From: Pirellula staleyi DSM 6068
GTDB taxonomy: Bacteria > Planctomycetota > Planctomycetia > Pirellulales > Pirellulaceae
Length of the DNA: 32,000 nt
NCBI GenBank assembly: GCA_000025185.1
Contig: CP001848.1
Span: forward strand, 3,480,001-3,512,000
Reading direction: 5' to 3'
Shown: piece by piece, positions 17,065-24,910 of the stretch
Numbering within the stretch: position 1 is the first letter of the stretch
Layout: the number at the start of each line of letters is the position of its first letter
Program-made: the position numbers and the translations under genes
Notes under the pieces: generated by a model
What the model was told of the DNA's origin: nothing
Database searches by the model: none
What the model saw: only the letters and a program-made list of their open reading frames with translations

Positions 17065-18300
17065 TCAGCTTCCCGAAAGTGGCTGCACGATCACCTCGGC
17101 CTCGCGTTCGTAAGTAATATCTCCCGCTGGGAAACAGATCAAAGCGTCGGCCTGTGCGAGCGTTCGCAGATCGCCCGAACCTTTCCAGCTGAGCGGCTCG
17201 ACCAGCAGTTTCGTCGCCTCTCCGGTCAGCAACTTTCCGGGCCAAAACGTGGGGCGATCGCCGCGGCAAGTGTGCGTTTTGCTAAGTGCCGCTGGTCGTC
17301 GTTGGATCGAAGAGGAGGCCAAACCTTGCAAGGTTGCGATGGCCGTTCGTACAAACAGCTCGAAACAAACCAGACCACTCACAGGATTGCCGGGTAGTCC
17401 AAAGACGAGTGTCGGTGGCGCATCGGGGTGGCTTGGGGTGCTGCGATCTTTGGTTCCAAACCAAAGTGGTTTGCCCGGCTTCAGGCTCACCTTGTGAAAG
17501 TGATTTTTAACTCCGAGCGATTCGAGCACTTGCGGAACCAGATCGAGCACTCCGGCAGAAACGCCCCCCGATAACAGCAACAAATCGTGCTGGAGACCAG
17601 CCGCGATATGTTGCTCGAGGCTATCGCGATCATCACGGGCGATGCCGAGGATGGTGACCACCGCGCCGCAGCTCTCTGCAAGTCCTGCCAGGAGTGAACT
17701 GTTGCTGTTTCGCAGCGCACCAGCAGGGGGCTTTTCGCTCGGATCGACCAGTTCATTGCCGGTGGCAAGAATCGCGACACGAGCGGCCGGAACAACCGTG
17801 GGATGAGTGTAGCCGACTTCGGCCAGCAGACCCATTTCGATGCCACGAATTTTTGTTCCCGGTGATAGAACTACTTCACCAGTTTTCATCGACGAACCGC
17901 GCCGCGCGATGTTTTGTCCCAACGTGATTTTTGATTCGTCGATCACAATTTTGCCATCAGCCACTTGTGTTTTCTCGATCATCACAACTCCCGCAGTCGC
18001 TGCAGGAATTGGTGCGCCGGTCATGATTCGAGTGCAAGTGCCAGGCTCGATGGCTTTCGTCGGGAGCGAACCCGCAACCACTTCTTCGAGCAGCGTGAGG
18101 GGTGTGCGTGGAGCATCGATCAGCGAAGCATGAATGGCATAGCCATCGACGATCGATTTGTCGTGCGGAGGAGAATCGACATCGCTCACCACTTCGGCCG
18201 CGAGCACCCGCGCCAAAGATGCAGCCAGCGGCATCGAACAAGCTGGCAGGGGACGCAAATGCTGGCGGATCTTAGCGATCGCCGATTCGACCGTTTCCAT
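17065..18300 (-). CDS. moeA: Molybdopterin molybdotransferase MoeA
   Basis: The N-terminal signature is SPPHDKSIVDGYAI. An MoCF-binding-like central domain is present (ILATGNELV, LLLLSGGVSAG), along with GLPGNPVS. The length of 411 aa fits the family. Confidence 0.9.
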   Translation of the reverse strand: METVESAIAKIRQHLRPLPACSMPLAASLARVLAAEVVSDVDSPPHDKSIVDGYAIHASLIDAPRTPLTLLEEVVAGSLPTKAIEPGTCTRIMTGAPIPAATAGVVMIEKTQVADGKIVIDESKITLGQNIARRGSSMKTGEVVLSPGTKIRGIEMGLLAEVGYTHPTVVPAARVAILATGNELVDPSEKPPAGALRNSNSSLLAGLAESCGAVVTILGIARDDRDSLEQHIAAGLQHDLLLLSGGVSAGVLDLVPQVLESLGVKNHFHKVSLKPGKPLWFGTKDRSTPSHPDAPPTLVFGLPGNPVSGLVCFELFVRTAIATLQGLASSSIQRRPAALSKTHTCRGDRPTFWPGKLLTGEATKLLVEPLSWKGSGDLRTLAQADALICFPAGDITYEREAEVIVQPLSGS

Positions 18301-18333
18301 CGCAGGTCTTACCTTGGAGAGAGGCTGGCGAAA

Positions 18334-18915
<582 letters not shown>

Positions 18916-19094
18916 CGTAGGGCTCGAAAGAAAGCAGCGATTCGCTCGTGGAACTTGAGGTGACGACCAGGGGCGAGCCATCGCTCACGTTGGTCTTACA
19001 GATGATACACACTGCGAGCGGTTTTGCAGGAGTACTAGTTGCGCCGCTATACCAGAACGAGAGCCCGGCGGAGGGTTGGAGGTTCGCGGCCAGC

Positions 19095-19838
19095 TTAGTT
19101 CAAGCTGAACGGAGGGGGGTAGGGGCTTCGATCTGGGCGATCGCCGGTTTTGTCGAGCAGCCGCGTGAAGTGGTCGATCATTTGATGTGCTCGACGATCG
19201 ACATTCCATTCCGCCAGCAGCCGCTGCTTCACGGTGAGCGAAAGTCCCAGCGTGTAGGCAAAAATGTCGGTGAGCATGCCGAGCGAAATTTGGCTGGCGA
19301 GAAGTTCGTCGAGTTGGCGCTGAATAGCACTGTTGTCGGGCATGAGAGTCCGTGCACGATCGACAAGTGTCCGCTGAAGCTGCGGCCGTTTGGCGGCAGT
19401 CGTGCTGGGATAAAAGTCGTCGAGCAGATCGACTTCCGCCCGCCGAAACGCTTGGCTCATCGGAAGTTCGCGACGAATTGCCGCCCGACGAACACCTTGC
19501 AGCAGCACATTGTGCCGACCATCGTCGGCGGGTTGATGCGAAATGATTTTGCACAGGCATGCCACGGGCGAAATGGCCGGGCGACCACCGTAGTCGCGTT
19601 CCCACCCTGGTTCGAGCAGCACCATCGCAATCAAGCGATCGGTTTCGAGTGCTTCGGTAAGCAAGTCGACATACCGCGGCTCGAAAATGTGCAAAGGCTG
19701 CACAACGTGCGGAAAAACGACTAGGTTCGGCAAGGGAAACAACCTCACCTGACCAGAGAACTGGCCGAGCGAAATCGAGCTGTCATCAAAGGACGACATA
19801 GGTTGGTTCGTAACGAAGTTGCCGAGGGGTACAGTCAT
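19095..19838 (-). CDS. LON substrate-binding (Lon N-terminal) domain protein
   Basis: RLFPLPNLVVFPHVVQPLHIFEPRYVDLL matches the Lon N-domain start. There is no AAA or protease domain. An alternative ATG lies at 19799. Confidence 0.8.
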   Translation of the reverse strand: MTVPLGNFVTNQPMSSFDDSSISLGQFSGQVRLFPLPNLVVFPHVVQPLHIFEPRYVDLLTEALETDRLIAMVLLEPGWERDYGGRPAISPVACLCKIISHQPADDGRHNVLLQGVRRAAIRRELPMSQAFRRAEVDLLDDFYPSTTAAKRPQLQRTLVDRARTLMPDNSAIQRQLDELLASQISLGMLTDIFAYTLGLSLTVKQRLLAEWNVDRRAHQMIDHFTRLLDKTGDRPDRSPYPPPFSLN

Positions 19839-19951
19839 TCGCGTGGCTAGATTACACCACTCTAGGTGGTCTAGTGCGAAAGTTTAGCACTCCCCAAAGT
19901 GGCGGTAAAGTGCATGCCTGGAAATGTATTTCGGATTTTGACTCGATCGTT

Positions 19952-20539
19952 TCAGATTTCTTGCAGCATTTGAGCGAAAACTTCCAACGGAAGTCCCACG
20001 ACATTGGACTCACTTCCTTCGATGAGGTGGACCCAGTCGAGCCCATCCTGATAGCCGAACGCCCCCGCTTTTCCTTCCCAGCCGTCGGTGTCGAGATAGG
20101 CCTCGAGTTGTTGGTCGGTGACAGGGTCCATGATGAGTTTGCTGCGGTCGACCCGAATCTGGGGGCGAATGCCGGGGCGTTTCCAGAGGCACAGTCCGCT
20201 GTAAACGTGGTGCTCGCGGCCGCGCATCATGCGGAGCATCTCCCGGGCGTGATCGCGGTCGCTAGGCTTCCCGAGGATCATGCCGCAACATTCCGCGACG
20301 GTGTCGCAGCCGATCACGATTCCGTGGTCGACCTGCACTGCCACGTCGGCTGCTTTTTGCATCGCCAGTCGAGCGACGAGTTCCGGAGGTGTTTCGCGGC
20401 TGCAGATGCCACACTCGGCCGTGTCGGCCGGAGCAAACACCGTAAAGTCATAGCCAGCTTCACTTAAGAGCTGTCGACGTCGTGGCGAACTGCTCGCCAG
20501 GTACAACGGTGGCAGGGGGCTGTTCATCGAGGAGTTCAC
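19952..20539 (-). CDS. maf: Maf-family nucleoside triphosphate pyrophosphatase
   Basis: LYLASSSPRRRQLL, IGCDTV and GKAGAFGYQ are present. The track start at 20539 is a GTG, and the first ATG lies 12 nt downstream at 20527. Confidence 0.9.
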   Translation of the reverse strand: MNSSMNSPLPPLYLASSSPRRRQLLSEAGYDFTVFAPADTAECGICSRETPPELVARLAMQKAADVAVQVDHGIVIGCDTVAECCGMILGKPSDRDHAREMLRMMRGREHHVYSGLCLWKRPGIRPQIRVDRSKLIMDPVTDQQLEAYLDTDGWEGKAGAFGYQDGLDWVHLIEGSESNVVGLPLEVFAQMLQEI

Positions 20540-20674
20540 ATCGAAAGAGCGGCGGAATCACCAGAACCGAGAGAGCTTGGCAACATTCTAGCAATGTTTG
20601 CCAGCAGCATCCGTGTGCGGCAACTGACAGCTGCTAAGATAGAGGTATCACACGACTTGAAGCCTGTCGTCGTT

Positions 20675-20703
20675 GAGGGAGAGCGACCTCCCTCGATGTT
20701 TTT
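20675..20703 (+). terminator. Intrinsic-terminator-like hairpin plus T-run in the leader 30 nt before the rluA-family start
   Basis: The stem is GAGGGAG (20675-20681) and CTCCCTC (20688-20694), with the loop agcgac. It is followed by gatgTTTTTgagcgaTTTTT. No plus-strand gene lies upstream for it to terminate. Confidence 0.35.
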
Positions 20704-20732
20704 GAGCGATTTTTCTTGCAGCAGCTTCGCCT

Positions 20733-21425
20733 ATGCCCCGCACACCGAGTCTCGACATCCTGCACGAAGATAACCACTTGTTGGTCATCAACAAGCGCCC
20801 GCTGTTGGCCACGCAAGGTGTCGCCGAGGGGACCCCGAGCCTTGTGACCGAAGTGCAGCAGTACCTTAAGGTTAAGTATAAGAAGCCGGGCAATGTGTAC
20901 GTGGGGGTCGTGAGTCGGCTCGACGCGCATACTAGTGGCGTGGTGGTGCTGGCGCGGACAAGTAAAGCGGCCAGCCGACTTGCGGAGCAGTTCCGCGAGC
21001 AGGGAGTCGAAAAAACATACTGGGCGGCTGTGGAAGCGGCTCCCGAGCCAGCCAGTGGGGAACTTGTTAGCTGGGTGGTGAAGGACGATAAGAATCGCCG
21101 GATGACCATTGCCGATCGTAAATTGGCAGGGTGCCAGAAAGCGGTGCTGACTTACGAAACGCTCGAACAGAATAAATCGGCGGCGCTGGTGTCGGTGAAG
21201 CTCGAAACGGGCCGAAAACATCAGATTCGCCTGCAACTGGCAGACGAACTTTCGCTTCCGGTGATTGGCGACCGAAAGTATGGTAGCCGGATCGAGTTTC
21301 CCGAAGGGATCGCGCTTCACGCACGCGAACTGGCGTTCGATCACCCGGTGGGTGGCAAGCGGCTGTCGTTTGTCGCGCCCCTGCCAGCGACCTGGAAGGG
21401 GCTCAAGTTCAAAGCGGGGAAATAA
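20733..21425 (+). CDS. RluA-family pseudouridine synthase (no S4 domain)
   Basis: ILHEDNHLLVINKRP is present. VSRLDAHTSGVVVLA carries the catalytic Asp, and ETGRKHQIRLQLA is also present. Confidence 0.9.
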   Translation: MPRTPSLDILHEDNHLLVINKRPLLATQGVAEGTPSLVTEVQQYLKVKYKKPGNVYVGVVSRLDAHTSGVVVLARTSKAASRLAEQFREQGVEKTYWAAVEAAPEPASGELVSWVVKDDKNRRMTIADRKLAGCQKAVLTYETLEQNKSAALVSVKLETGRKHQIRLQLADELSLPVIGDRKYGSRIEFPEGIALHARELAFDHPVGGKRLSFVAPLPATWKGLKFKAGK

Positions 21426-21549
21426 GTGACTGTGACTTGCTGGTTGTAACTTGGAAGTATCGCGAGAACGAATCGGCTGGGGGATCGTCATACTAGAAGT
21501 GGTGTGCGAATAGAAAGCACTGGCCTTGGCATTTTTGGGACGCTTGATC

Positions 21550-21870
21550 CTAGCGCCAGTCGATCCAGATTCCGCCGGGTCCCCAGTGAACGTCGCTGAG
21601 AACCGCCTCGAGACAATCCCACAAAATCTCTCTCCAGGCCGGTTTGCGAAACTTTGGCATCGGGTTGCGGGTTAGTTTGAAGTGGAGAAGTTCGGCTCGC
21701 GATGGTCGAGCGTGACAAATGCGCAATTCTCGGCGGGAAATTTCCGGGAGCCATTGATTTTTTAGTTGCCGAATCGATCTACTAATTACTTCGATTTCGA
21801 GCAGAAAGTATTTGACTACTTCACCGTAGGGGCGTTGGTTCGATGCGTTCGATGTTTCGCAATTCGGCAC
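21550..21870 (-). CDS. Doubtful small ORF (106 aa, Trp-rich C-terminus) in an A/T-richer gap
   Basis: This rests only on an open frame. I recognise no motif in it. Its codons (AGT, AGA, CTA, AAA, AAT, ATT, TGT) are atypical for the window. Its 5' end overlaps the kinase start by 28 nt. Confidence 0.2.
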   Translation of the reverse strand: MPNCETSNASNQRPYGEVVKYFLLEIEVISRSIRQLKNQWLPEISRRELRICHARPSRAELLHFKLTRNPMPKFRKPAWREILWDCLEAVLSDVHWGPGGIWIDWR

Positions 21871-23279
21871 TTCTGAGCGGACTGGTTACCCAAGACCAGG
21901 TCGACGAGGCAATTGCGCATCTACGCTCGAGCGGATCTCTTTCGGCAACTGCGGTGGAACTCGACGATTCGCTTCTCGCCGCTCGACTTGTGGAGAAGGG
22001 GATTCTGACCCCCTATCAGGCCGATCAGATCCGTAGCGGACGCACCAAGCTGAACCTGGGGCCCTACATCATCACCGAATGGATTGGCCAAGGTGGTATG
22101 GGGCAGGTGTTCAAAGCACTCCACCAAGTGATGGGGCGCGAGTCGGCTGTAAAAGTGCTGCCACTCACCAAATCGACCCCGGAAGCGGTGAACAACTTCA
22201 ATCGCGAGATTCGAACCCAAGCGCAACTCGATCACCCGAACCTCGTGCGAGCCTACGATGCGGGGCGCGATGGCAATGTCCATTATCTGGTGGTCGAGTA
22301 TGTCCCCGGGACCGACCTGCGGCGGCTGGTTCGTTCGCAAGGCCCGCTCACGCAGCAGCAAGCGGCGAGTGTGATTTTGCAAGCAGCGCGAGGACTCGAG
22401 CACGCCCATCAGCGTGGTTTGATTCACCGCGATGTGAAGCCGGGCAACATTTTGGTGACGCCCAAGGGAATCGCAAAGGTTTCCGACCTCGGGCTAGCTG
22501 GATTCATGAACGAAGCAGAAGCGGATCCGCGCGCAGGAAAAATCGTCGGAACAGCCGACTATCTTTCGCCTGAACAGATTCGTACACCCACCGAGATCAC
22601 GCATGCGAGCGACATCTACTCGCTCGGTTGCACGCTCTACTACGCCGTCTGCGGCAAAGTTCCATTTCCTGGAGGAACCGCCCGCGACAAAGCGCGGCGG
22701 CACTGCGAAGAAACGCCTTGGCACCCTCGACGCTTCAACCTCGATCTGCACGAAGAGTTTGTCGACGTTATCGCCGACATGATGGAAAAAGATCCGCGCA
22801 ACCGCATTCCTACCGCCTCGGAAGTGGTGGCTCGTCTTGAGCAATGGGCCGGTGATGCGAGCCCCATTGCTGCACGCTCGGCCATTCGCAGCCCCTGGAC
22901 AGCACCGCCGCTGCCAGCAGCTCCCGATGGCGAAGATCGCGCCGACAACCTGCAAGATACCGATGGTGGCGAGCCCAGCAGCGGACTCGAGAGCCCGAGT
23001 CAAATTTCGCAGCTGTCGCAAGCTTCGCAGCAAACCGCTTCGCAAGGTGCTGCGAGCCAAGAGACCCTTCCGGCCAAGCCTGGACGGATTCGCCCCGTAA
23101 CTGCTGGTGCCACTGGCTCAGGAAGTTCGGCCCTCAGTAGCGCGAGTGGAATTTTCTCCACACCCATCTCGAAGTGGCCAACGACCACGGTGGTAGCCGT
23201 CACACTTGCGGTGGCTGTTCCCGTGTCGATGTTCGTCGGCGCACTCGTCGCCTCCGTGCTCTTCTATCTGATGCGCTAA
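21843..23279 (+). CDS. Ser/Thr protein kinase, C-terminally tail-anchored, with a helical module of about 70 aa at the N-terminus
   Basis: The Gly-loop is IGQGGMGQVF, the conserved Lys lies in SAVKVL, and the catalytic loop is HRDVKPGNILV. A DLG triplet replaces DFG, and GTADYLSPEQ is present. The C-terminal helix is VVAVTLAVAVPVSMFVGALVASVLFYLMR. Confidence 0.9.
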   Translation: MRSMFRNSALLSGLVTQDQVDEAIAHLRSSGSLSATAVELDDSLLAARLVEKGILTPYQADQIRSGRTKLNLGPYIITEWIGQGGMGQVFKALHQVMGRESAVKVLPLTKSTPEAVNNFNREIRTQAQLDHPNLVRAYDAGRDGNVHYLVVEYVPGTDLRRLVRSQGPLTQQQAASVILQAARGLEHAHQRGLIHRDVKPGNILVTPKGIAKVSDLGLAGFMNEAEADPRAGKIVGTADYLSPEQIRTPTEITHASDIYSLGCTLYYAVCGKVPFPGGTARDKARRHCEETPWHPRRFNLDLHEEFVDVIADMMEKDPRNRIPTASEVVARLEQWAGDASPIAARSAIRSPWTAPPLPAAPDGEDRADNLQDTDGGEPSSGLESPSQISQLSQASQQTASQGAASQETLPAKPGRIRPVTAGATGSGSSALSSASGIFSTPISKWPTTTVVAVTLAVAVPVSMFVGALVASVLFYLMR

Positions 23280-24910
23280 CTTCCGGCGGCTGGTGAAGTT
23301 GGCGGCGCTGGCGGTCCGGTGAAAGGATCGGCAGGTGTTCCCGAACCGGGCGATGAAGCAGGCACAGGCGCTGCGGCAGGCTGAGTAGGGGCTACAGGTG
23401 CTGCTGGTGCAGGCTGCGGAGCTGTTGGCGCGGCTGCACCGCCCGCTTTTCTCTTGGCGAGTTCTTGTGCCAGGATGCTCGCTGTGTCGCTTTTTACAAA
23501 CTGAGGAACAAGCCCTCGCGCTGTTGTGAACAGCTTATCGATGCGGGCTTGGGTCGCTTTGTCGGTCGAACTGATCCGCTGCGACTGCTGATCGATCGCA
23601 CGCTGCAAATTCTCTCCCGAATCGAGTTCGCGAAATTGATCGAGCAGCACCTGCGCTTCGTCAATTTTTCCCTCCGCTAACCGTTTACGAAATCGGGCAG
23701 CGGCTAGCTCTCGCTGTGCAACGAGATCCATGATGCGGCTTTGAAAACTAACCACGACACCTTCCGCTTCTAGTCGTGGCGTGTCGTCGGGAAGCGACGC
23801 GACAAGTTCACTCTCTTGACCAGGAACCAGCGGAAGTCGGGCCAATAGTTGCTGGCCACTTTTCACCAGCAGCACTTGAATACCGAGCGATGCTGGAAGT
23901 CGCACGGCGCCGCGCCAATCGCTCACGCCAATCAGAGTTGCATCTTCGCCCGTTTCGCTTCGTAGATAAACGCCATAGCCCACGAGGGGCTGTGGATTGG
24001 TGCCGCGCGATTGCAGCACGAGATCGGTCACCGGCGCTTGAGGCTTCACAACGAAAGCAAGTCGCTCGGTTCGTTGGCCACCTTTCACAGGAATGGCGTA
24101 GCGAAATCCCGAGATCAATTCGCCAGTCAGTTGAGCACCAGTGCGCGACGTGGTGCGAATGAGGGACCATGGCACCGATTGAATGCCTCCCTTCATCGGT
24201 TCCCCTTTGCGATCGTTGCGCCGAACGACAGGGCGCAGCACCGCTTGATCGGTGATGGCGGCTGGTTGGATGTCATTCGTCACAAGCCCACCCGCTCGAG
24301 CGCGCCCTGCGAGTTTGTTGCCGTCGACGCGCTCGATGCGCATCATCGGTGTGAATGCACGAACGACTCCATCGACAGCCGCATACGGAACCAAACTCCG
24401 CTCTAGCGATGGACGAAAGAATTTGCCAAGCCATAGCTCGCTCCTGACATCGAACTCACCAACGCGGAGATCGATGGTGCCGTCGAGCGACTTCGATCGA
24501 GCAGCGTGAATCAGCATCAGCTTGTCGAACTTGGCATACTCGGGCAGAAGTTCCTTCAGCCGATCGCGCGTGATATCTGCGGGGGATTCAGCGAGTTCAG
24601 CCTCGAGCGCGGGGCTCGCGAGCATCACCTGCGATTGCCAAGTGGCACGGAACATCAACTCACCCTGCTCGAGCACCTGACGCTCGATCGCCTGTTCGAG
24701 CAAGTCAGGATCGGGCAGAGCAGGGGAGACTGCAATCACCAGCTGCACCCGGTACGGATTGAATTCCCAAGCCGATTGTGCATAAAGCCGCGAGGTGCCA
24801 AAGCTAAGTCCGCTGACCAGTAGCACAATTGCGAGCGATAGTCTTGCTAAATAGATCGGCATCGACTGGCACGAGAAGCTGCGGAGAAAACAGGAGCGAT
24901 GATGGTGCAT
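23276..24910 (-). CDS. Exported protein of unknown function with a coiled-coil-like segment and a Pro/Ala-rich C-terminal tail
   Basis: The long ORF shares the orientation of its neighbours. ATG 24910 overlaps the upstream stop as TGATG; an alternative ATG at 24862 gives MPIYLARLSLAIVLLVSGLSFGTSRLYAQ. I recognise no family motif. Confidence 0.75.
   Translation of the reverse strand: MHHHRSCFLRSFSCQSMPIYLARLSLAIVLLVSGLSFGTSRLYAQSAWEFNPYRVQLVIAVSPALPDPDLLEQAIERQVLEQGELMFRATWQSQVMLASPALEAELAESPADITRDRLKELLPEYAKFDKLMLIHAARSKSLDGTIDLRVGEFDVRSELWLGKFFRPSLERSLVPYAAVDGVVRAFTPMMRIERVDGNKLAGRARAGGLVTNDIQPAAITDQAVLRPVVRRNDRKGEPMKGGIQSVPWSLIRTTSRTGAQLTGELISGFRYAIPVKGGQRTERLAFVVKPQAPVTDLVLQSRGTNPQPLVGYGVYLRSETGEDATLIGVSDWRGAVRLPASLGIQVLLVKSGQQLLARLPLVPGQESELVASLPDDTPRLEAEGVVVSFQSRIMDLVAQRELAAARFRKRLAEGKIDEAQVLLDQFRELDSGENLQRAIDQQSQRISSTDKATQARIDKLFTTARGLVPQFVKSDTASILAQELAKRKAGGAAAPTAPQPAPAAPVAPTQPAAAPVPASSPGSGTPADPFTGPPAPPTSPAAGS

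Noticed and set aside
16112-17269. A 385-aa minus-strand ORF antisense to the kinase 3' half and running into moeA.
   Set aside because: The plus frame carries unmistakable H, N and G boxes. The antisense product is low-complexity and crosses a gene boundary.
18948-19724. A 258-aa plus-strand ORF and a 206-aa minus-strand ORF (18985..19605) overlapping the Lon-N domain gene.
   Set aside because: These are alternative or antisense frames. Only the 19095..19838 frame shows the LPLFPL..HIFEPRY Lon N-domain signature.
20634-21491. A 285-aa minus-strand ORF covering the rluA-family gene.
   Set aside because: The plus frame has the RluA catalytic motifs (RLDxxTSG, GRKHQIR). The antisense frame has none.
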